Notes under the pieces: generated by a model
Seen by the model: only the letters and a program-made list of their open reading frames with translations
The model's database searches: none
Told to the model about the DNA's origin: nothing
Made by a program: the position numbers and the translations under genes
From: Escherichia phage Ayreon
Reading direction: 5' to 3' (one strand)
Sequence record: MF807953
DNA: 44,708 nt
In this document: piece after piece, positions 19,171 through 26,973 of the stretch
Position numbering within the stretch: position 1 is the stretch's first letter
How the letters are laid out: every line of letters starts with the position of its first letter

Positions 19171-22100
19171 GTGAATATGGCAGTAAAGATTTCAGGTGTA
19201 CTGAAAGACGGTGCAGGTAAACCGGTACAGAACTGCACAATCCAGCTGAAAGCAAAACGTAACAGCACCACGGTGGTGGTGAACACGGTGGCATCTGAAA
19301 ATCCGGATGAAGCCGGGCGTTACAGCATGGACGTTGAGTACGGTCAGTACAGCGTTATTCTGTTGGTGGAAGGATTCCCGCCGTCACATGCCGGGACCAT
19401 CACCGTGTATGAAGATTCCCGACCCGGTACGCTGAATGATTTTCTCGGTGCCATGACGGAGGATGATGCCCGTCCGGAGGCACTGCGCCGCTTTGAACTG
19501 ATGGTGGAAGAGGTGGCGCGTAACGCGTCCGCAGTGGCGCAGAACACAGCAGCCGCGAAGAAGTCAGCCAGCGATGCCGGCACATCAGCCCGTGAGGCGG
19601 CAACCCGTGCGACTGATGCTGCAGGCTCAGCACGTGCAGCCAGCACGTCAGCCGGACAGGCCGCGTCGTCGGCTCAGTCAGCGTCTTCCAGCGCAGGAAC
19701 GGCATCAACAAAGGCCAGTGAAGCATCGAAAAGTGCTGCTGCTGCAGAGTCCTTAAAAAGCGCGGCAGCTACCAGTGCCAGTGCCGCGAAAACGTCAGAA
19801 ACGAATGCTGCAGCGTCACAAAAATCTGCAGCCACTTCTGCATCCACCGCGACCACGAAAGCGTCAGAAGCTGCCACCTCAGCCCGGGATGCGTCGGCTT
19901 CAAAAGTGGCGGCAAAATCATCAGAAACGAGCGCAGCCTCGAGCGCCGGCATTGCAGCTTCCTCGGCAACGGCAGCAGGAAATTCCGCGAAGGCCGCAAA
20001 AACGTCTGAGACGAATGCGGATAACAGCGCACAGGCGGCAGCAGACTCACAAACTGCATCGGCAAACTCCGCGACAGCAGCCAAAAAATCAGAAACCAAC
20101 GCGAAAAATAGTGAGGCAGCAGCAAAGGTCAGCGAAACCAACGCCAAAGCGTCAGAGAACAAGGCGAAAGAATATCTCGACAAGGTCGGGGGACTCGTCA
20201 GCCCGATGACGCAATACGATTGGCCCGTTGTTACTGGTAATGAGTCTTTTTACATAAAGATCGCGAAACTTTCCGATCCCGGAAGCAACAATTGCCATGT
20301 AACGCTAATGGTTACTAACGGCGGTGCCTACGGCTCCCCTTACGGAAACATTGACTTTATCGAGATCTCGGCGCGCGGTCTGCCTTCTTCGCTTACTGCT
20401 GATAATGTATCTCGTTACCTGAGTATACGTCGTTTAGGGCCAACCGGGCTAATCAATAGCATGCAAATGCGTTACGGCCTGGTTAAAGATGATGGCTTTA
20501 TTGAGGTTTGGGCCTTCCAGCGTGCATTTATCAACGGCGCAAAGGTTGCGGTACTGGCGCAGACGGCACGCACGGAATTATACATTCCAGACGGATTTGT
20601 TAAGCAAACCGCCGCGCCTTCTGGATATGTTGAAAGCCCCGTTGTAAGGATTTACGACCAGTTAAACAAGCCGACTAAAGCAGATTTGGGCCTTTCTAAT
20701 GCTATGCTTATAGGCGCTTTTGGTCTTGGCGGTAGCGGTCTTGTTTTGGATGGTAAAATGACCGATAAGGAACTACTACAAGAGCTAAGGGCGAAAGGTG
20801 GGTGTTTCTGGAGGTCAGGAAAACCAACAGGTAGCGAATCAACAATTTTCAGCCACGGTTCTGGTATATTCTCGCGGTGCGGCGATACGTGGTCAGCTAT
20901 TAATATCGATTACGAAAGCGGTAGAGTAAAGATTTACTCTAGTAACGATAATAGACTCAACAATGGTACTTTTAACATAAATGAGCTATACGGAACCAAA
21001 TACAAGCCGTCGAAATCGGATGTTGGACTTGGTAACGTAACTAACGATGCGCAGGTGAAAAAATCCGGCGACATTATGTCAGGTAATCTGTCGATCACTA
21101 AAGCAACACCTTCACTATTCCTGCGTTCAAAAAGTGGAACCGCCCATGTATGGTTCCAAAATGAGGATCAGTCGGAACGCGGCGTTATTTTTGCGCCTAC
21201 AAATACTGATACGCTTGGCGAAGTTCACATCAGGGCTAAAAACGCAAAAGGTCAATCAAGTGGTGATTTTATTGTTCGTCACGACGGGATGGTTGAAGCC
21301 CGTGATCTCACATTAGCGGGTAAAACTAAAGGCGCAAAAGCAGAATTTGCAAACACAAGCACTAGATCCGATGATACTACGGTAAGCATAAAAGGATCTC
21401 AGCATACTCCTCTGGTTTTAACGCGCAACAACACAATTAAAAATTTATCCATTGGGTTTAAGGTTGATGACGTTGACCAAAAATATCTCGGCATATACGG
21501 TGACGGTGATTTGTATTTTGGTGGTTATTCTGACCACACAAAAAACAGCAAAGTAATTACACAAGCAATACTCGATAGCGGGGTAACGGTAGGCGGCAAA
21601 ACAACATTTTCTGACCTTGCCACATTTAACGCAGGTATGTCTGGGCCTATCGAGCCGGAAGCCATTGAAGGCATGACTATCGATCTTAATGACCTTATCA
21701 TTAAGTTCACGGATAAAGGTTCAGTTAAATACTATCACTGCAAAACTGCCGGAGGCGGTTCGAATATTACCAATAAGCCTGACGGCGTAGGCGGCAACTT
21801 TTTGCTTCGTGTAGAGTCAATTCGTAAGGTTAGTGATTCAGATTATATAAACATGCAAACGCTGATTAGCGGCGACAAAGGACGCGTGCATGTTCGTTTT
21901 GTTACTAATGGTAATTGGACAGCATGGAGCGAGCATGTTGTTTCAGGATGGAATCAGGATGTGACCGTCAGGTCGTTAACCTCGACGACTCCATCAAAAT
22001 TAGGCGGCGGGCGTGTTGATGTGCTGGGGAGTACGTCAGATTACAGTAGTATGAATTGTGCTGTGCGCGGTGTTGATAGCACTGGAACCAATTCGGCGTG

Positions 22101-22935
22101 GTCAGTAGGTACATCGGAAAACACGGGAAAAATGTTGTGCCTTAAAAACCACAGAAGCAGCGCTCAAGTGCTGTTAAATGGCGATGATGGCGCGGTGCAA
22201 CTACTAAGCGGTACTGTCAACGGTGCTACAGCACAGGCGCTAACCATCAACAAAGATGAGGTTAACTCAACTGCTGATTTAGTAATTAGAAAACAGTCAG
22301 GGACTGGCAATCGTTTTGTTTTAAAGAACGCAGGTAATGCAGAACTACCGTTTAACATCAGTGTATGGGGTTCAAGTGATCGACAAAACGTTTTTGAGGT
22401 TGGAACGTCTGCTGCGTATCTGTTTTATGCGCAAAGAACGCCAGCAGGCCAGTTGTTTGATGTAAATGGCGCTATTAATTGCACAACGCTGAATCAGTCA
22501 TCAGACCGCGACCTTAAAGACGATATTCTCGTTATCAGCGACGCGACGAAAGCAATCCGCAAAATGAACGGGTACACCTACACGCTCAAGGAAAACGGCC
22601 TTCCTTATGCTGGCGTTATTGCACAGGAAGTAATGGAGGCGCTACCGGAAGCCGTAGGATCGTTTACTCGTTACGGTGAAGAATTGCAGGGTCCGACCAT
22701 TGATGGCAACGAGCTACGCGAAGAAACGCGTTACCTCAATGTTGATTATGCGGCGGTGACTGGTTTACTTGTCCAGGTCGCCCGTGAAACAGATGATCGC
22801 GTTACCGCGCTGGAAGAGGAAAACACAACGCTACGTCAAAATCTGGCAACAGCAGACACCCGGATCAGCACTCTGGAAAATCAGGTAAGCGAACTGGTTG
22901 CACTTGTCCGGCAGTTAACAGGAAGCGAACATTGA
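19171..22935 (+). CDS. stf: Side tail fibre protein, mosaic: lambda Stf-like N-terminus, Ala/Ser-rich repeats, novel distal region, C-terminal intramolecular chaperone (peptidase S74-like)
   Basis: N-terminus MAVKISGVLKDGAGKPVQNCTIQLKA... matches lambda Stf; Ala/Ser/Thr-rich KTSETNA-type repeats follow; beyond about residue 340 the sequence is different and lower in GC. The C-terminal ~150 aa carry an SDRDLK motif and a coiled-coil tail typical of auto-cleaving chaperone domains. Confidence 0.8.
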   Translation: MNMAVKISGVLKDGAGKPVQNCTIQLKAKRNSTTVVVNTVASENPDEAGRYSMDVEYGQYSVILLVEGFPPSHAGTITVYEDSRPGTLNDFLGAMTEDDARPEALRRFELMVEEVARNASAVAQNTAAAKKSASDAGTSAREAATRATDAAGSARAASTSAGQAASSAQSASSSAGTASTKASEASKSAAAAESLKSAAATSASAAKTSETNAAASQKSAATSASTATTKASEAATSARDASASKVAAKSSETSAASSAGIAASSATAAGNSAKAAKTSETNADNSAQAAADSQTASANSATAAKKSETNAKNSEAAAKVSETNAKASENKAKEYLDKVGGLVSPMTQYDWPVVTGNESFYIKIAKLSDPGSNNCHVTLMVTNGGAYGSPYGNIDFIEISARGLPSSLTADNVSRYLSIRRLGPTGLINSMQMRYGLVKDDGFIEVWAFQRAFINGAKVAVLAQTARTELYIPDGFVKQTAAPSGYVESPVVRIYDQLNKPTKADLGLSNAMLIGAFGLGGSGLVLDGKMTDKELLQELRAKGGCFWRSGKPTGSESTIFSHGSGIFSRCGDTWSAINIDYESGRVKIYSSNDNRLNNGTFNINELYGTKYKPSKSDVGLGNVTNDAQVKKSGDIMSGNLSITKATPSLFLRSKSGTAHVWFQNEDQSERGVIFAPTNTDTLGEVHIRAKNAKGQSSGDFIVRHDGMVEARDLTLAGKTKGAKAEFANTSTRSDDTTVSIKGSQHTPLVLTRNNTIKNLSIGFKVDDVDQKYLGIYGDGDLYFGGYSDHTKNSKVITQAILDSGVTVGGKTTFSDLATFNAGMSGPIEPEAIEGMTIDLNDLIIKFTDKGSVKYYHCKTAGGGSNITNKPDGVGGNFLLRVESIRKVSDSDYINMQTLISGDKGRVHVRFVTNGNWTAWSEHVVSGWNQDVTVRSLTSTTPSKLGGGRVDVLGSTSDYSSMNCAVRGVDSTGTNSAWSVGTSENTGKMLCLKNHRSSAQVLLNGDDGAVQLLSGTVNGATAQALTINKDEVNSTADLVIRKQSGTGNRFVLKNAGNAELPFNISVWGSSDRQNVFEVGTSAAYLFYAQRTPAGQLFDVNGAINCTTLNQSSDRDLKDDILVISDATKAIRKMNGYTYTLKENGLPYAGVIAQEVMEALPEAVGSFTRYGEELQGPTIDGNELREETRYLNVDYAAVTGLLVQVARETDDRVTALEEENTTLRQNLATADTRISTLENQVSELVALVRQLTGSEH

Positions 22936-22974
22936 TATCCTTCAAGCTCTGAAGGAGGCTGTTCCCGGTACGTT

Positions 22975-23118
22975 CAGACTGTTGTTGAGCTGGAGATCGC
23001 AACGGAGGAAGAAACCTCATTGCTGGAAGCCTGGAAAAAGTATCGGGTGTTGCTGAACCGTGTTGATACATCAACTGCACCTGATATTGAGTGGCCTACG
23101 AACCCTGTCAGGGAGTAA
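22975..23118 (+). pseudogene. tfa: 3' remnant of tail fibre assembly gene tfa
   Basis: In-frame translation immediately after the stf stop reads ...[45 protein letters not shown], which resembles the C-terminus of lambda-type Tfa; there is no start codon and no N-terminal part. Confidence 0.6.
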
Positions 23119-23642
23119 TCATTGGGATTATGCCGCAGCACGTCGTATGCAAGAACGTGCTGCGGTTGGATGCTATTTTTTCCCTGAAGCGGAAAACATT
23201 ACTACAGTTATGACGATGAATTACAAGGGGTTAAATGATGCCACGGCATAGCGATATTGAAATAGCCTGGCATGCTTCAATACAGTGGGAACCGAATGGC
23301 CGGAAGACCGTCACCACACAGCGGTTTGTCTAGGGACTGAGCAATGTTCACAGGTACTGGGCTATGAGAGCTGTTAATAAACTGATAAATACGGCAACAC
23401 CACTTAGGTCAGCGTAGCCGGTAAATCGAAAAGCAACTTCATCCAGGAATTTCTGTCAGTGTTGTTTGGAGATCTGATTGCCATGATGGATCAAGAGTTC
23501 TCTCTTATTGCCGGCTTGGTGTTGACTGAAAACTGGTATGATGCCGGGCGCATGTTGGCTAATCATTGGGAATACTGCCGACACTGAACCATTCGCTCTT
23601 TTGATTTGGGGCGGTGCGACATAGCATGTAGGGAGTAAATCA

Positions 23643-24146
23643 ATGACTGAATTTCTTGGAAAACTGTTCGACAGGGTTTATACGGAGAAGGATTTCGGCA
23701 TTAATGTCGCCATATTTGTCGCGGGACTTGCCGGAATGAGCTGTTATCTGATCCTTCACGACTATGTCCTGACGCTGTTCGCATTTATTATTCCATTCCC
23801 GATCGTCAAGATCATTGCCGGAGGATGGCATCAGCGTCTTCTTGCCCAGAAAGGAAAAGCTGCTTCAAGGCAGCAGTTGGCCGCACTTTATGATTCACTT
23901 ACGGACAGTGAAAAAAACGTGGTACAGCACTTTGTAGCATTCGGCGGTGCTGTGATGACATGGGGACAAATGAACCGGCTTGATGATCCGCAAACTGGTG
24001 TGGAGTCCCTGGTTCGGAAGGGATTACTGGGTACCTCCGTGTCCGTGGATGGAATGCACGAGACCTTCGAGCTGGATCTGACGCTTTTTGCCTTTGCTTA
24101 CCGTTGGCGAGCCTCTCAGAATACGGACTCTGCGGCAGAGGGTTAA
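23643..24146 (+). CDS. Small membrane protein, possible superinfection exclusion protein (SieB-like)
   Basis: 167 aa with two N-terminal hydrophobic helices (VAIFVAGLAGMSCYLIL and LTLFAFIIPFPIVKIIAGGW) and a soluble C-terminal domain; located in the accessory region between tail fibre and int; ends at a bidirectional terminator. Confidence 0.45.
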   Translation: MTEFLGKLFDRVYTEKDFGINVAIFVAGLAGMSCYLILHDYVLTLFAFIIPFPIVKIIAGGWHQRLLAQKGKAASRQQLAALYDSLTDSEKNVVQHFVAFGGAVMTWGQMNRLDDPQTGVESLVRKGLLGTSVSVDGMHETFELDLTLFAFAYRWRASQNTDSAAEG

Positions 24147-24267
24147 GGCGTACGTGAGGTATCCGGAGATGCTAAAAGCGCGGAACTCATTAATCCTCGC
24201 CCTAAGGGAAATACGTTCTTTCAGAATGGTGGTCAACTGTTCTGCCGAAAGTGTAAAAGGATGGTAA

Positions 24268-24297
24268 TAAAAAACCCGGCTTTGCCGGGTTTTTTTA
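24268..24297. terminator. Bidirectional rho-independent terminator
   Basis: Hairpin cccggc-ttt-gccggg flanked by an A-run upstream and a T7 run downstream; serves convergent genes on both strands. Confidence 0.75.
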
Positions 24298-24299
24298 CT

Positions 24300-24428
24300 T
24301 TATGCAGCTTTTCGATTCATAGCCTTTAGTTCTTGATCGATAAACGTTTGAATTTCTTTGATTTTATCAACGTTTTTGATGGCTTCTCGCAACAGCGCAA
24401 TGCGGCGTGCTTCAATTTTATTCATCAT
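24300..24428 (-). CDS. Small basic helical protein (42 aa), hypothetical
   Basis: Minus-strand ORF MMNKIEARRIALLREAIKNVDKIKEIQTFIDQELKAMNRKAA, not in the supplied ORF track; AGGAG ribosome-binding site 7 nt upstream of the ATG; its stop abuts the bidirectional terminator. Confidence 0.45.
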   Translation of the reverse strand: MMNKIEARRIALLREAIKNVDKIKEIQTFIDQELKAMNRKAA

Positions 24429-24481
24429 ATTGGCTCCTGACTTACCTAGCTAGGTAAAACTCACTTTTTAAGTTGACTAAG

Positions 24482-24844
24482 TTAAACGAATGCCATTGCT
24501 GATAAGCGGTTGGCTCCGTCTTGAATACTGTCGTTATCGCCACGCTCGATCGCTTCTGCGACTTGGCGCATTAAAAGCACTGCTTGGCGGGCATTTGCCA
24601 TAACTCTTTCATCGTCCCAAACACCGACTTGAAGCAACTTCGTAATGATATCTGCAGTGGCGTCAGAAAGATCGGCAATTTCAGCGAATGACGGGTTAAA
24701 GTCGCGTAGTTGCTCAACCGATTTTGCGTTTACATGTTTCACAAACCATGCAGAGACTTCTTGGATTTTCCAGTACAACTCTAAAGCTAAATCATTACTG
24801 TTAACATTAGCAGCACTATAAATACTAGCAACGTTTGAGTTCAT
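24482..24844 (-). CDS. Hypothetical protein (120 aa), AT-rich accessory gene
   Basis: 120-aa minus-strand ORF in visibly AT-rich DNA, directly upstream (same strand) of the 42-aa ORF; I recognise no family. Confidence 0.5.
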   Translation of the reverse strand: MNSNVASIYSAANVNSNDLALELYWKIQEVSAWFVKHVNAKSVEQLRDFNPSFAEIADLSDATADIITKLLQVGVWDDERVMANARQAVLLMRQVAEAIERGDNDSIQDGANRLSAMAFV

Positions 24845-24966
24845 TGTTTGTTCGTTTCCAGCTGGTACCCATAAATTGGGACAAATCCTAGCTTATTGGA
24901 AAATTTTTATCCACAGTATTTGGTGTTTAATGAATATGGGGCTTAAAGAACAAATTTTCAACTGCT

Positions 24967-24996
24967 TTGAGCGATTATATTGAAAGGCGGTATAAT
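24967..24996 (+). promoter_or_regulatory. Candidate sigma70 promoter (TTGAGC - 18 bp - TATAAT)
   Basis: Perfect -10 TATAAT at 24991-24996 with a -35-like TTGAGC; no CDS follows, and a 16-bp GC palindrome lies about 65 nt downstream. Confidence 0.35.
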
Positions 24997-25140
24997 TTTA
25001 TGTCAACTAGTATAGCAATAAGAAGTAAAAATTCACTTAAAGTCATAATATTTCAGTAGGGAGCCGCGGCTCCCTTGCGTATCTTTTTGTCACTTCACCG
25101 TCTGGTCGGTGTCCTGCTGAGACCTCTAACATCCTGTTTT

Positions 25141-25613
25141 TGTTTGTGTTGTACACCGCCCAATCAACAGTGTCAATAGAACAAAGATTGCTGCATGTAC
25201 AAATGTTCTTTGGCTACAAATACACCTACTGATCATGTTCTGCTATGCTCTGATACCTCCAAAATGTACAATCAGCGGCATGAATTTTTCTTTGTACATA
25301 TGATTGTACATAATCAAAGAGACAGCAATTATGACAAGCCTTTTGGCCGCAGAGGTAGCGAAAAGAAGAACCTTTGCCATTATTTCTCACCCCAATAATT
25401 AAGCCAAAATTAAAGCTCTTTTACTCTTTCAAAATCCTTTCAGTTAATTGAGGTTGAGCCATATAACTCATTTAAATACATTTAGTTATGTGGCTTCTTT
25501 AATTGAAAATTCTTTCATGTAACTTTAAATCGATCTGCTTGCTTTCATCAAAAATCTGTACATGTGCTTGTACATAATGTACAAAACAGCAGAGGTGTTT
25601 TTTTATTTGTACA
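25141..25613. promoter_or_regulatory. Array of nine TGTACA motifs upstream of int (candidate protein-binding / att arm region)
   Basis: TGTACA occurs at 25141, 25187, 25256, 25284, 25296, 25557, 25569, 25578 and 25608 within about 470 bp, including the repeated unit TTGTACATAAT, in AT-rich non-coding DNA ending at the int start. Confidence 0.5.
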
Positions 25614-25622
25614 AGGTGAGTA

Positions 25623-26840
25623 ATGGCGCTGTCTGATGCGTGGTTGCGTTCAGTCGTTGGAAAGGAACGTGATAAGGTTTTGGTTAAATCCGATCGTGAT
25701 GGTCTGTCTGTCAGAGTATCACCGAAAGGTCGCGTAGTGTTCCAATATCGTTATCAATGGGCAGGGAAAGGTGAGCGCCTTGATATCGGAACTTACCCGG
25801 CAACTGGATTAAAAGAGGCCAGAGAAGAAGTTATCCGTCTCCGTGGTGAACTCGAGTCAAACCGCAATCCACGATTAGTCAGGCAGGCTGAAAAACGAAA
25901 AGCTACTGAAGCCATGACGGTAGAGTCTGTGATCCGTGCCTGGTATGAAGCATATTGTGTAAAAAATAAAAAAGGTTCTGAACAGATACTCCGCTCGTTT
26001 GAGCTGCACCTGTTCTCTAAAATCGGGAATATCCCTCACGATGCAGCTACATTGCATGATTGGTTAGAAGTCCTGGAGCCTCTTAGCACTAAGACTCCAG
26101 CAATAGCAGACCGATTGCTAATTAACGCAAAGCAGGCCCATGTCTGGGCGTATAAGAGAAAGCTCATTGAAACTCGCCCACTGTCGGATATCACGGGTAA
26201 AGATATGGATATCCGTAAAGGTCAGAAGAAACGGTTTCTGACACATGATGAAATTAAAATCCTTTATGCTGCGATCGATGGTTCTCGAATGGTTCCTAAA
26301 TACCGGGCCTTCATTAAACTATTGCTGCATTTTGGCTGCCGTAGTTCAGAGCTAATTACCGCCAGGGTGGACGATTTTGATTTCATTAATAAAGTATGGA
26401 CTGTACCACCAGAACGACATAAGACTGGGGAGATAACAGGCGAACCGCTAAAGCGGCCCATTATTGAACCGGTTGAAGAGCTTATAAAGTACGCTATTTC
26501 TATGAACAATGGTTCCGATATGCTTTTTACTAAGGAAGGAAGCAGGGAACCCGTTGGTCGGACATCATTGCAGTCGCTGCCTTACAATTTAATGCAGTAC
26601 GCATGGCGGCGTTTGGGGTATCAATTCCCTCATTGGTCTCTTCATGATTTGAGGCGAACAGCACGAACAAACTTTTCTGATCTTACTGCGCCTCATATTG
26701 CAGAAATAATGCTAGGTCATAAACTGCCAGGGGTATGGCAGGTTTATGACAAGAGCGATTATTTAGATGAACAGCGTAAAGCTTACCAGGCATGGTGGGA
26801 GAGAGTTGAATCGATAGTTACTTGTACTTGTTCAGACTAG
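25623..26840 (+). CDS. int: Tyrosine integrase (P4-type, with N-terminal arm-binding domain)
   Basis: 405 aa; N-terminal region typical of the P4-like integrase arm-binding domain (LSDAWLRS..GLSVRVSPKG..FQYRY); catalytic-domain features RSSEL, HDLRRTART and terminal Tyr region VYDKSDY. Confidence 0.9.
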   Translation: MALSDAWLRSVVGKERDKVLVKSDRDGLSVRVSPKGRVVFQYRYQWAGKGERLDIGTYPATGLKEAREEVIRLRGELESNRNPRLVRQAEKRKATEAMTVESVIRAWYEAYCVKNKKGSEQILRSFELHLFSKIGNIPHDAATLHDWLEVLEPLSTKTPAIADRLLINAKQAHVWAYKRKLIETRPLSDITGKDMDIRKGQKKRFLTHDEIKILYAAIDGSRMVPKYRAFIKLLLHFGCRSSELITARVDDFDFINKVWTVPPERHKTGEITGEPLKRPIIEPVEELIKYAISMNNGSDMLFTKEGSREPVGRTSLQSLPYNLMQYAWRRLGYQFPHWSLHDLRRTARTNFSDLTAPHIAEIMLGHKLPGVWQVYDKSDYLDEQRKAYQAWWERVESIVTCTCSD

Positions 26841-26973
26841 AACTGACATTTTGCATAGGCAGAACGCAATTATGCATATTGCGGTATAATCCCCTTCTTA
26901 AAACTGTAAGAACTGCTTGCTAATCCTTGCAGTTTTTGATTATAACATTTTTATTTGTTTATTAGGATTTTTG

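Noticed and set aside
19560-20170. Tandem repetitive DNA in stf considered as a possible CRISPR or VNTR array
   Set aside because: The repeats are imperfect, in-frame and encode the Ala/Ser/Thr-rich fibre shaft; there are no direct repeats with unique spacers.
23119-23640. Small ORFs between the tfa remnant and the SieB-like gene (for example 23060-23251 and two 30-35 aa frames)
   Set aside because: Short, without convincing ribosome-binding sites, in a region that looks like decayed sequence left after the tail-fibre module replacement.
25195-25398. 67-aa ORF inside the TGTACA array upstream of int
   Set aside because: Lies in AT-rich regulatory-looking DNA with no ribosome-binding site and low-complexity translation; more likely non-coding.
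24300-25620. Possible tRNA gene or tRNA 3' fragment marking an att site near the P4-type integrase
   Set aside because: I could not find a T-arm-like GGTTCGAnTCC segment or a CCA-terminated acceptor stem by eye; a proper tRNA and att search is needed.
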